NCBI RefSeq assembly: GCF_046119375.1
Contig: NW_027362761.1
Coordinates: 754,726,001-754,790,000, forward strand
Length of the DNA stretch: 64,000 nt
Direction: 5' to 3'
DNA from: Phyllobates terribilis
Taxonomy: Eukaryota
Shown here: piece by piece, positions 1 through 12,280 of the stretch
Position numbering within the stretch: position 1 is the stretch's first letter
Layout: each line of letters starts with the position of its first letter
Made by a program: the position numbers and the translations under genes
Notes under the pieces: model-generated
The model's input: the letters and a program-made list of their open reading frames with translations, nothing else
The model's database searches: none
What the model was told of the DNA's origin: nothing

Positions 1-298
1 ATGGAGGAGCGCTAGTGACAGGCTGCGGGGGACCCAATTTGGATCACCTGCGGCTGTGGACTGAGACGGCGGCGGAGAGACACACGGCGTGAGGCACCGC
101 CACCTACGTGCTAAGGAGAAATCAAAAACATAATACAATCCACACTAAACACTGCCCTGCTGGATCTACAAGCCAGATAGGATGAACAAGCCGAACAACT
201 AACCGAATTAGAATCATAGAATCACGAATATCGAACATCGAAGATGATTCAAAAGAGGACCAGAATCACGAATATCGAACATCGAGGATGATTCAAAA

Positions 299-880
299 GT
301 GGACTATACCAAAATACCTGCTATCGTCCGTGAAAACATAATTTTGAGAGACCGTATAGATGACCTGGAAAATCACTCTCGTAGAAGCAATCTACGTTTG
401 GTAGGTCTACCAGAATCGTATCTTCAAAACACCTTGAAACCTCTATGTGAAAATGAAGTCCCAAGAGCCCTAAAACTACCCGAAGGTAAAAAGGTGGAAA
501 GGGTTCACAGAATTGGTCCTCCACCCGCTACCTCTGGGACCCAGGGTACAACCAGGCCAAGACAAGTCATCATGAAATTTCTGGACTTCAATGATAAAGC
601 GGACATTATTCAAGCATACAATTAAACCACCCATTGATCATTCAAGGCCATAAAATCTTGCTTTTTGAAGACTACTCCATCGAAGTAACCAGGAAAAGGA
701 AGACCTTCAGCTCCATATGCACCAGACTTCACAAGGAAAAAATTTGCTTTCAACTCCGCTACCCAGCTATTCTACGCTTGAAGGACACATGTCTCTTTCC
801 GGGAATTTATTTCCCCTGTTAAAGCGGAAACATTTGTCAACAGTCTCCTGTGCCCGAGGGCCAGCCCGGAACGAATCCAC
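299..880 (+). pseudogene. L1 ORF1 remnant (coiled coil, RRM, CTD), frameshifted
   Basis: LRDRIDDLENHSRRSNLRLVGLPES, VERVHRIG, PRQVIMKFLDF, ILLFEDYSIEVTRKRK and LRYPAILR match L1 ORF1 motifs; spread over several frames. Confidence 0.88.
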
Positions 881-1426
881 CAGGATGAAATTCCTTCTTG
901 CTCGCGGTCCCCTAAGGGATCTACAAGGTGAGGAGACAAAGGAGGCCAGAGTTGCAACAATCGTTGATTCAATGAGCTTCTCCTTTTGTACACCTGGAGG
1001 TGCCGGAGGAAAGGTAGTATGGAGGCAGTTGCTTCCGTCCTTCACCCCACTCAGACTTTTACAATTTTGACTAACATTATTATATTCCATGGTTGAGGTG
1101 GGAGGGGAGAATGGATTCAATAAGGGATCAAAATGGAAGAAAAATTTTGATGAAAAACAACATAGAAAAAGGGGGTTAACTTGTAATGTTTAGTTTTACA
1201 CACATGGTCAAGGCAGAAGTGAAGCCCAGGGGAAAGGTTTCCCTAGTGAGCAGATACAAAGTGTCTACGCTCTTGCTAGGACAGTTGCTTTCTAAAAATT
1301 TGATTAATTGTTACTTAAGTTTGTTATACATGTTCAAGCATTGCTCCTTATTATATAATCTAGTTACATGTCATCATTGTCTTGTAAGTATTTTACCAGT
1401 CATGTTTATTCTTACAGTCCCTGAGT

Positions 1427-1759
1427 ATGTTTATTGTGTCATGGAATGTTAAAGGTTTGAGATCTCCCCAAAAATGCATGAAAGTCCTTAGACATTTAAA
1501 ACGTTTAAAATCTGACATAGCCCTCCTACAGGAGACACATCTCTCGGATGCAGACTTCCCCCGGATGAAAAAATTATGGGTGGGTGGCGTTTATGGCTCA
1601 TCATCTGTGGATAGAAAAGCTGGGGTCTTAATCCTTATCAATAAACAATTCAAACACCAGATCATAAGTCAACAACAAGATGGAGAGGGAAGATTGGTAC
1701 AATTAACATTAACCACATCTTGTGGAACCCTCTCTATCTATAATGTATATGCCCCTAAT
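1427..1759 (+). pseudogene. L1 ORF2 5' part (APE endonuclease)
   Basis: MFIVSWNVKGL...DIALLQETHL...NVYAPN; ends at the CTAAT target-site duplication. Confidence 0.93.
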
Positions 1760-2183
1760 TGTTAGAACTCTCCTGTTAGATTTTTTCTAGTTTGCTGGTC
1801 ACATGACCTTTGTTGCCTATTTATTCCTGCTCCGCCCTCCTGGCCTTGCTGGACTTCATTGTAATTTCTACTCTTGAGCCAGCTTGGTGCTCTGTTACCT
1901 TTCTCAGTCAGTTTTGCTAGGTCTTCGGACCTCTATGTTCTATGTTGTTTGTCTGTCTTATTTCTGCTACAATTTCTGCTAGGAGGTGTCCATCTTTCTC
2001 CCAGTCCCTAGTTCTTGTAGGGATCCCTTTCTCACATCTATAGGTCTTCGTTCAGACTAGCCGAGGACTTTAGCAGGTCTGATCGCAGGATCAGGTTCCC
2101 CGTTACATCGTAGGGATCCAGCTTAGTTCTATTGTAGGGACAGATCTCCTGTCTGTCCTTAGTGCTTGTAGCAGATCATAACA
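1760..2183 (+). repeat. 5' LTR of Gypsy element 1
   Basis: Direct repeat of 6314-6737; about 8 substitutions by eye; TATTTAT at 1818. Confidence 0.97.
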
Positions 2184-2233
2184 GTAAGTCCAGCCCAAAA
2201 AATTTCTCTAAGGAAAGACCTCCAGTTTCCATC

Positions 2234-5200
2234 ATGGTCTCGGTTCAAGATTTGGCTCAACACTTGCAGGGACTCTCTCTGGAGGTGGCCAAGCTCCAAC
2301 AACACGTGAGTAGCTGTTCTGGAGCACATTTTGTAGAGCCTAAGGTACGTCTGCCTGATCTATTTTTTGGTGAACAACAAGATTTTTTTTCCTTTAAAAA
2401 TGCTTGTTTATTGTATTTTCGCTTAAGACCCGGATCCTCTGGTGATGAATCACAGCGCATAGGGTTCATAATGTCACTTTTGCGCAAAGAACCTCAGGGA
2501 TGGGCCTTTTCGCTCCAACCTAGTGATCCGTGTTTTAGATCAGTGGATAGTTTTTTTTCTGCTTTGGGGTTGTTGTATGATGATCCTGATCGTGTCTCAT
2601 CTGCTGAGTCTGAATTAAGACGTTTGAGGCAGGGATCAGGTAATGTGGAAAATTATTGTACTCACTTCCGTCGATGGTCTGCTCAGGTGGGGTGGAACGA
2701 TTCAGCTTTGAAAAGTTTGTTTCTTGCGGGGCTAGGTGAAAGGGTTAAGGATCTGCTGATTGCTTATCCTTCACCTGGAAACTTGCAGGAGGCAATGCAA
2801 TTAGCTATACGGGTGGACAGGAGACTGCGTGCAAGGGTTAATGAGAGTAAATCCTCTGCCATGTCAGCTCCGAGTCTTGAGAGGGTCTGTACTGACATTG
2901 GAGAGCCGATGGAGATTGGGGCGATGTCACCCCGCTCTCAGGAAAAAGACCACAGATTTTCTGAAGTGTTGTGCTTTTATTGCGGTGGATCTGACCATTT
3001 CATTAAGAACTGTGTGCTTCGTATGAACAAAGAAAAAAAAAAGGTCAGTTACGCCCGTATAGCCTGTTTAAATACTAAGGGTGTACTTCTTTCTGCTACT
3101 ACCACTGCTCAGGAAGAATTAATTGAATTTCGGGTATTTGTGGATTGTGGTTCTACTCTGAATGTGATTGATGAGGGATTCTTGGAAAAACTTAAATTAA
3201 AACCCAAACCTTTGTCATCCCCTATTGCCGTGGTTTCTGTCGATGGCTCTCCCTTAAAGAGTGTTACTCACAAGGTCTGTGAATTTCCCCTCAATATTAA
3301 TGGTATTCACCAAGAGAATTTGGATTTGGTAGTATTAAATAATTTGCCTTCTCCAGTAGTGTTGGGGTTACCCTGGTTAAAATTGCACAATCCTGTACTG
3401 GATTGGTCTACCAATGAAATTAAGTCCTGGAGCCCTAAGTGTTATGACAAGTGTTGTAACGGGCGCATTGCTGCTGTGGATAAAGGGGAATTACCTGTAC
3501 CTATTCAGGATTTTTGGAAAGTTTTTTCTGAGAAGGAATCGCAAATTTTGCCTACCCATAGAGACTATGATTGTACCATTGAATTTGTCCCTGGAGCGAC
3601 TCTTCCTAAAAGTCGTTTATTTAATCTTACTATTCCTGAGAGAAAGGCTTTGGAGGAATACATACAGACAAGCTTGGCCGCCGGTCACATTAGGCCTTCC
3701 AAGTCTCCTGTGGCTGTTGGATTTTTTTTTGTTAAAAAAAAGGACGGCGGTTTACGTCCTTGTCTGGACTTTCGTGAGATTAATAAAATTACTGTACGCA
3801 ATCCTTACCCACTGCCATTGATTCCTGATTTGTTTAACCAGTTAGTGGGGGCCAAGTGGTTCTCTAAAATTGATCTCCGGGGGGCATACAATTTGTTGCG
3901 CATGAAGGAGGGTGATGAATGGAAGACTGCTTTTAACACTCCTGTGGGTCATTTTGAGAATCTGGTTATGCCTTTTGGTCTTACCAATGCTCCAGCATTT
4001 TTTCAGAATCTTATTAATGACATCCTTAGACCTTTGATTGGCAAAAATGTGGTTGTGTATTTGGATGACATTTTGATTTATTCGCCGGATCTGGAGTCTC
4101 ATTGGCGGAGCGTACGTGAGGTATTGCAGTTATTGATTGACAATTCGCTTTTTGCTAAGCTGGAGAAATGTGAGTTCGCTGTTCAGAGAATTAGTTTTTT
4201 GGGCTACATTATCTCCAGCGAGGGCTTTGAGATGGATCCGGTTAAAGTTCAAGCTGTGCAGGAATGGCCTAGGCCTATTGGTTTGAAATCGATACAGAGG
4301 TTTTTGGGTTTCGCCAATTATTACAGAAAATTCATAAAAAAATTTTCTATTATTGTCAAACCACTGACCGATCTCACCAGGAAAGGTGCTAATGCGGTTC
4401 AGTGGACTTCTGAGGCCATTGAAGCTTTTGTGTTTCTAAAGGAGAGGTTCACCTCTGCTCCCATCCTTATGCAGCCTGATGTGACTAAGCCGTTTTTGGT
4501 TGAGGTTGATGCTTCTTCTGTGGGGGTCGGTGCGGTGTTGCCTCAGGAAAACAAGGATGGAGTACATCCCTGTGCCTTTTTTTCAAAAAAATTTTCTGAG
4601 ACTGAACTTAATTACGATATTGGTAATCGGGAATTGCTGGCTATTAAACTCGAATTTGAACACTGGCGTCATCTCTTGGAAGGTGCTGAATTTCCCATTC
4701 AGGTTTTCACTGATCATAAAAATCTGATCTATCTTGATGCTGCCAAGCGCTTGAATGCCCGTTAGGCGAGGTGGGCACTTTTTTTCTCGCGGTTTAATTT
4801 TTCCGTTACTTACATCCCGGGTACCAAGAATGTTAAACCTGATGCTTTGTCTCGCAGCTTTTCTCCCATGGTCGGTGCTGAGGAGGAGGAGAGCATTTTA
4901 CAAGAAGGTGTTGTGATTGCTGCTTTGGACTCCGTTTTGGAGGATGAGATTCTTAAAGCGCAGGAGAATGCCCCATCTAACACTCCCCATGGGAGGTTGT
5001 TTGTGCCTAGGACCTTTAGGAGAGATTTGTTTGTTGAGTGTCATGAGTCTCGGTTGGCAGGTCATCCAGGAATTTCTGAGACCAAGAGACTGGTGGGTCG
5101 CAGTTTTTGGTGGCGTGGATGGCAGAAGGAAGTCATTAAGTGGGTGCGTTAAAGTACTGTGTGTGCTAGATCTACGTCTTCGCATGCTTCTGCTGCGGGG

Positions 5201-6301
5201 TTGCTTTGCCCTCTGGAGGTTCCTAGTGCACCTTGGACACATCTGGCTATGGACTTTATTACTGACCTTCCCCCCTCTGAGGGTTTCACGGTCATCTGGG
5301 TGGTCGTGGACCGTTTTAGCAAGATGTGTCACTTGGTTCCCTTCATCAAACTGCCCTGCGCTAAGACACTCGCTAAGGCCTTTGTCAAGGAAATTGTCAG
5401 ACTACATGGCGTTCCTACTGAAATTGTTTCTGATAGGGGACCTCAGTTCGTGGCTCGTTTTTGGCGTGCCTTTTGTGACAGGTTGGGAGTTCATTTGTCG
5501 TTTTCATCCGGATATCATCCTGAGTCTAATGGCCAGACAGAAAGAAAGAACCAGGATGTTGAGCAGTTCTTGCGTTCTTTTGTGGCAGACAATCAAGAGG
5601 GGTGGTCTGAGTTTCTGCCACTTGCTGAATTTACTCTTAACAACCATACATCCTCTTCTGCTGGGTTTTCGCCTTTTTTTTGTTGTTCTGGGAGACATCC
5701 GTCTTTTGGGTCATTCTCCAAATTGGTATCGGCTGTGCCTGAGGAGGAGAGTTTTTCCGGTGATTTGGAGAGAGTTTGGACGGATGTGCGTGGTAATCTT
5801 CAGGAGGCTAACAAAAAATCTAAGAGGTACTTTGATAGGAAACGGCAAGAGGTTTTGTTTGCTATTGGTGACATGGCTTGGTTGTCCTCTAAGAATCTGC
5901 GATTGAGAATTCCTTCTAAAAAATTGGGTCCCAAGTTTGTAGGGCCCTTTAAGGTGCTTCAGATAGTTAACCAATCTGCTGTTAGGTTGGAGGTTCCTAC
6001 CTCCTGGAAGATTAATCCGGTGTTTCATGTTTCTCTGTTGAAAAGAGCTGATGTGTCAGATGGTGACGCCTCTGCCACTGTTCCTCCGGTGGTGGAGGAC
6101 GGGGAATATGAAATTTCCCGCATCCTAAATTCTAGACGGTATAGAGGGAGTTTGCAGTATCTCGTCGCTTGGAAGGGTTTCGGACCCGAGGATAACTCAT
6201 GGGTGAGGGAGGTTGATGTTTCTGCTACCAGACTTGCCAGAGCGTTTCACAGGAGGTTTCCTGATAAGCCCGGGCCTAGGGGATCCGGAGGATCCTCTTA
6301 G
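2234..6301 (+). pseudogene. gag-pol: Single-frame gag-pol polyprotein with two premature stops (TAG 4763-4765, TAA 5150-5152)
   Basis: ORFs 2162-4765, 4847-5152 and 5159-6301 share one frame. CCHC knuckle CFYCGGSDHFIKNC, protease VDCGST, RT YLDD, RNase H TDHKNL, integrase MDFITDLP/SDRGPQF/GQTER, chromodomain YEISRIL..YLVAWKGFGPEDNSW. Confidence 0.95.
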
Positions 6302-6313
6302 AAGAGGGGGTAC

Positions 6314-6737
6314 TGTTAGAACTCTCCTGTTAGGTTTTTTCTAGTTTACTGGTCACATGACCTTATTTGCCTATTTATTCCTGCTCCGCCCTCCTGGCCT
6401 TGCTGGACTTCATTGTAATTTCTACTCTTGAGCTAGCTTGGTGCTCTGTTACCTTTCTCAGTCAGTTTTGCTAGGTCTTCGGACCTCTATGTTCTATGTT
6501 GTTTGTCTGTCTTATTTCTGCTACAATTTCTGCTAGGAGGTGTCCATCTTTCTCCCAGTCCCTAGTTCTTGTAGGGATCCCTTCCTCACATCTATAGGTC
6601 TTCGTTCAGACTAGCCGAGGACTTTAGCGGGTCTGATCGCAGGATCAGGTTCCCCGTTACATCGTAGGGATCCAGCTTAGTTCTATTGTAGGGACAGATC
6701 TCCTGTCTTTCCTTAGTGCTTGTAGCAGATCATAACA
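6314..6737 (+). repeat. 3' LTR of Gypsy element 1
   Basis: Direct repeat of 1760-2183, preceded by the polypurine tract. Confidence 0.97.
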
Positions 6738-6742
6738 CTAAT

Positions 6743-9700
6743 ATAGGAAACAAATCTTTCTTTAAACAATTGGAAACGAGACTTTTGCTCGACTTCAATC
6801 CTAATAAAATAGTAGGTGGAGATTTTAATTCAGTGGTTTCACTCCAAGAGGATAGAAAAAATACTGCTGGCAATTAACAACCTCGCATGACAAAGCGCTA
6901 GCACCTCTTATGTCCACCAACCAACTAATCGACTCGTGGAGATTCATGAACCCTAGTAATAGAGAATTCACACATTTCTCACACGCCAACGACTCTTGGT
7001 TTCAAATTGACTATATATTTATCTCCCCCTCCCTGTTAGCTAAATTGATTACCATGCACATTGATAATATTGTTATTTCAGACCATGCTCCAGTAAATTT
7101 GGAACTATCAAAGAAATTCCCTCGGAGCTCTGATTTCTTATGGAGATTTCCAGATTATTTTTGCAAAGACGATTCATTTATTTCCTCTCTCAAATTATGG
7201 TGGCAGGAATTTTTGTCGGGCAACTCGGCACACCAAAATGATCCCACACTACTATGGGAATCGGCCGAGGCGGTACTTAGGGGGAAAATTTTGGCGTATA
7301 CGTTCTCTCACAAAAAAAAGTTATGAGAAGATATAATGAACTATCCTCTGAACTGAAACAAGCCTACACTACATTTCTTCTTGACCCTTCCCCTTTAAAT
7401 AAAACACTTTGGTCCCAAAAACAGTCTGAATTCAACCAATACGTAGATATGAGAGAAAAATTCCACCTATCCCAAACACAAGCATATTTTTATAGATTTG
7501 GCAACTAATCAGGGAGGATGATGGCTAATCCGGCAAGAGGTCGGAAAAAGTCACAGGGAATTTTCCAACTAAGAAATACCAACGAGGAAATCCACACGAA
7601 TCCTGAATCAAATAATGAGATCCTAGGCTCATTTTATAAGGACTTATATAAAAATCCAAAACAAATCATGCCCCTCTCCGATACACTCTTAGATAGGGTC
7701 AAATTACCTTTATTTTCAGAGGAACAAAAATCTATATTAAATAAACCTATTTCATTGGAAGAGATTACTAATACAATTACAGATTTGAAACCAAATAAAG
7801 CCCCTGGCCCAGATGGCTACACCTCTGATTTCTTTAAATCTTTAAGGGAAAAGGTTTCCCCATTATTAGAATCGATATTTAACAACATAACTCAAGGTGA
7901 TCCCATTTTCCCTTCCGCAAATATGGCTTATATTAAATTGTTACTAAAACCAGACAAAAATCCATTATCCCCCAGCTCATACAGACCAATTTCCCTCATA
8001 AATATCGACATTAAGATAATGTCCAAAATAATGGCTGACAGACTGGCCTCTATTTTACCTCACCTTATGTCCCCTGTACAAGCAGGTTTTGTTAAGGGTC
8101 GCTCAGCCACGCTAAATATTAGGAAGGTACTGTCAGCGCTGGATAAAATCCATTCTACATCTAATTTAAAAGGTTCCACGGCGATTGTCTCCTTAGACGC
8201 CGAAAAGGCCTTTGACAACATTAATTGGGATTGGTTGTACAAGGTCTTAACTAAGATGTCATTGACAGGCCCCTTCTTTAACAATATAAGCAATTTATAT
8301 ATGTATCCAAAGGCTCAGGTATATACACCGGGTTTTCTATCCACTCCCTTCCCCCTTGAGAAGGGAACAAGACAGGGTTGTCAGTTGTCCCCCCTACTTT
8401 TTAACATAGCACTAGAACCCTTAGTTCGTATTCTGTTGGACCCAAAAACTTTTTCAGACATCCAATTTACTAAAAAAACAATTCAGGCGTAATTTTTTGC
8501 AGATGATATCATTCTGTTTATTTCTGATCCCATTCTGCATTTACCTCTATTAATGGATTTGCATAAAAATTTCGGAGCTTACTCTGGGTTTAAAATAAAT
8601 GCCAAAAATTGTGAAATACTACCATTAACTGAAAAAGGAATAAAACTTTACCCAAGAGGATCTTTCAACGATATAACTATAGCTCTCTCTTATATCACTT
8701 ATTTGGGTATGAAAATAGGTCGCACGCCATTCTCTTTGTACACGTTAAATTATCCCCCCCTCATCAAAAAAATCACTAATCAATTAAAGACATGGCAGGA
8801 TTTGACCTTGTCTTTTTTTGGATAGGGCACATTTGGTCAAGATGATCAGTACATCCAAAATGATGTATGAACTCCAAACTCTACCATTGCTACTGAAACA
8901 CTCTGGCGTAACTACACTCAACAGGGCCTTCAGTCATTTTATATGGAGGGGAAAACATCCTAGGATTAATCTAGACAAACTTATGTCATCCAAAGATGAT
9001 GGTGGCATTAATTTTCCAAGCATCAGGAATTATAACCTCGCCTGCCTCTTTCGCTACATAATAGACTGGCTCCACAAAAGACATACATACTCTGATTACT
9101 CTTTGGAATCAGACTATGCTTACCCCTTCAATTTAACTGCACTTCTATACTCTCGCTATACTTCCCTACCCCTAGCAATCAAAAAATCAGTAACTTTTAC
9201 AGACACCATCTCTGCTTGGAAGGCAGTTAGGAAAAAATATGGCCTCTCCTTCAGAATTTCTAAGCACCTGCCGGTATGGCGGAATCCAGAATTTCCACAG
9301 GGCATTGAAAACAAATTATTTTCTAAGTGGCAACAGGCGCTGGTATAGACAACATATCTCATCTCCTCCATCCAACCGATCAGAGATGGTTGACATATGC
9401 AGAATGTATGGGAAAATATAATCTACCTCTCCAACATGACTTTCAGTATGACAAACTTAAGGGATGTTACTTATGAGACCTCCCAGAATGAACTGGATGT
9501 CATTCTACTATCTCCAATAGGCACCCCCTCAATATCTAATCTCTATTCGGTAATGAAATCTAATTTCTTAGGGGTACACCCAGGCATTTTCTTTAAATAT
9601 TGGAAGCAACAATTTGAAGACGTGGAAATTCCCATTAAGATCAGATTAGGTTGGAAGGTATTTAGGAACCACATTATAAGTGAAACATGGAGAGAAACTC

Positions 9701-10253
9701 AATATAAAATAATACATGGGGCCATCTACGCCTTTAATATACTGAAAAAAGATCCATTATCAAATAGACTAACTGCATGCCCTAAGTGTCATCATCCATA
9801 CTCTGACCTCATGCATGGCCTATAGTCCTGCACCGAATCAACAGTATATTGGGATCAGGTTTCAGATTTGATTCACACTATATGGGGTCCAGGGTAAACC
9901 CTCTCTCCACACTTAGCCCTCCTACATTATTGGAGTAACCCCGAGGCCCCCCAAAACTGCTCCACACTCTACTCTTCTTGGCAAAAAAACAGCTACTCAA
10001 ACATTGGCTAGACCCCAACATTCCCCCCATAGCAGAGTTGATAATCCAAATGAAACATTTTTTGGGAGTAGAACAACTTGATGCCCTCAGTAACAAGGAA
10101 CAGCAAGCTGGCAAATTTCTATTAAATAGGAAACAGTTTATCATAACATGCTGCTCTCTGATTGAAAAAAAAATTGTCGAACCATTCACTTCTACAGAAT
10201 GGTATATTTTAGAGGATCTCAACAACAACTTGGGACTATTACGTATAAACTAA
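6743..10253 (+). pseudogene. L1 ORF2 3' part (rest of endonuclease, RT, C-terminal domain) with stops and frameshifts
   Basis: Resumes after the TSD (GNKSFF..IVGGDFN), then SNDSW/IDYIF/SDHAP, RT motifs in 7518-8492, further pieces at 8553-8825, 8818-9348, 9397-9825 and 9978-10253. Confidence 0.92.
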
Positions 10254-10627
10254 AATATGGGAGAAAAACAGAAAGAATTAATTACCCACGTCTAATTCTT
10301 TTTGTAATGTCGACAATGATGACTTTAAGTTGTTAATATTTAATCTTTGTTTTATTTGTTGTGCCAGCTAATCACAAACTAATGCTTGTACATCGTGCCT
10401 GATCTGCGGACGGGCTCCTGATTAACCTTTCAAAGTTGGCTTTGTTCACTTGTCTTTATATGTTTTTTCTTTTCTGAAAATCCTAATAAAAATGATGTAT
10501 TTAAAAAAAATAAGGGACGGATCGATGCGTATATGCGCCACCCACCCCAAGCATGTGACCGCAAGCAACAGCGCAAGTACTCTTACGTGGGAATCCCTTA
10601 TTGGTTAGCAATACATAAATATATATA

Positions 10628-12221
10628 CAGTACAGACCAAAAGTTTGGACACACCTTCTCATTTAAAGATTTTTCTGTATTTTCATGACTATGAAAATTG
10701 TACATTCACACTGAAGGCATCAAAACTATGAATTAACACGTGGAATTATATACTTAACAAAAAAGTGTGAAACAACTGAAAATATGTCTTATATTCTACA
10801 GTAGGTTCTTCAAAGTAGCCACCTTTTGCTTTGATGACTGCTTTGCACACTCTTGGCATTCTCTTGATGAGCTTCAAGAGGTAGTCACCCGAAATGGTCT
10901 TCCAACAATCTTGAAGGAGTTGTTGGCCCTTTTGCCTTCACTCTGCGGTCCAGCTCACCCCAAACCATCTCGATTGGGTTCAGGTCTGGTGACTGACTGT
11001 GGAGGCTAGGTCATCTGGCGTAGCACCCCATCACTCTCCTTCTTGGTCAAATAGTCCTTACACAGCCTGGAGGTGTGTTTGGGGTCATTGTTCTATTGAA
11101 AAATAAATGATGGTCCAACTAAACGCAAACCGGATGGAATAGCATGCCGCTGCAAGATGCTGTGGAAGCCATGCTGGTTCAGTATGCCTTCAATTTTGAA
11201 TATATCCCCAACAGTGTCACCAGCAAAGCACCCCCATACCATCATACCTCCTCCTCCATGCTTCACGGTGGGAACCAGGCATGTAGAGTCCATCCGTTCA
11301 CCTTTTCTGAGTCGCACAAAGACACGGTGGTTGGAACCAAAGATCTCAAATTTGGACTCATCAGACCAAAGCACAGATTTCCACAGGTCTAATGTCCATT
11401 CCTTGTGTTCTTTAGCCCAAACAAGTCTCTTCTGCTTGTTGCCTGTCCTTAGCAGTGGTTTCCTAGCAGCTATTTTACCATGAAGGCCTGCTGCACAAAG
11501 TCTCCTCTTAACAGTTGTTGAAGAGATGTGTCTGCTGCTAGAACTCTGTGTGGCATTGACCTCGTCTCTAATCTGAGCTGCTGTTAACCTGCGATTTCTA
11601 AGGCTGGTGACTCGGATAAACTTATCCTCAGAAGCAGAGGTGACTCTTGGTCTTCCTTTCCTGGGGCGGTCCTCATGTGAGACACTTTCTTTGTAGCGCT
11701 TGATGGTTTTTGCAACTGCACTTGGGGACACTTTCAAAGTTTTCCCAATTTTTCGCACTGACTGACCTTCATTTCTTAAAGTAATGATGGGCACTCGTTT
11801 TTCTTTACTTAGCTGCTTTTTTCATGCCATAATACAAATTCTAACAGTCTATTCAGTATGCAGTATTCAGACTGTCAGCTGTGTATCCACCAGACTTCTG
11901 CACAACACAACTGATGGTCCCAACTTATTAAACCTGACAGGGCACACCTGTGAAATGAAAACCATTTCCGGTGACTACCTCTTGAAGCTCATCAAGAGAA
12001 TGCCAAGAGTGTGCAAAGCAGTCATCAAAGCAAAAGGTGGCTACTTTGAAGAACCTAAAATATAAGACACATTTTCAGTTGTTTCACACTTTTATGTTAA
12101 GTATATAATTCCACATGTGTTAATTCATAGTTTTGATGCCTTCAGTGTGAATGTACAATTTTCATAGTCATGAAAATACAGAAAAATCTTTAATGAGAAG
12201 GTGTGTCCAAACTTTTGGTCT

Positions 12222-12227
<6 letters not shown>
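10628..12227 (-). mobile_element. Tc1 transposon family A, copy 1 (~270-bp inverted repeats, frameshifted transposase)
   Basis: TA then CAGTACAGACCAAAAGTTTGGACACACC at left, its inverse at right; transposase 11093-11794 with WSDESKF and KHGGG. Confidence 0.95.

Positions 12228-12279
<52 letters not shown>
12226..12279. repeat. (TA)n microsatellite at the Tc1 right junction
   Basis: About 27 TA units directly after the TIR. Confidence 0.98.

Positions 12280-12280
<1 letters not shown>

Larger units (their letters stand above)
1760..6737 (+). mobile_element. Full-length Ty3/Gypsy chromovirus-type LTR retrotransposon
   Basis: 424-bp LTRs TGTTA...TAACA (1760-2183, 6314-6737), 5-bp TSD CTAAT (1755-1759, 6738-6742), PPT AGAAGAGGGGG before the 3' LTR, gag-PR-RT-RH-IN-chromodomain order. 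Confidence 0.98.
1..10510 (+). mobile_element. L1-clade LINE, degenerate, 5' end not identified, interrupted by a Gypsy element at 1760-6737
   Basis: ORF1 remnants, APE endonuclease start (VSWNVKGL...LLQETHL), RT motifs (KAPGPDG, YRPISL, DAEKAFD, GTRQGCQLSPLLF), C-terminal CPKC..H motif, AATAAA at 10485-10490 and A-run at 10503-10510. Confidence 0.93.

Noticed and set aside
4917-5906. 329-aa ORF overlapping the Gypsy integrase
   Set aside because: Alternative frame of pol with no recognisable motifs.
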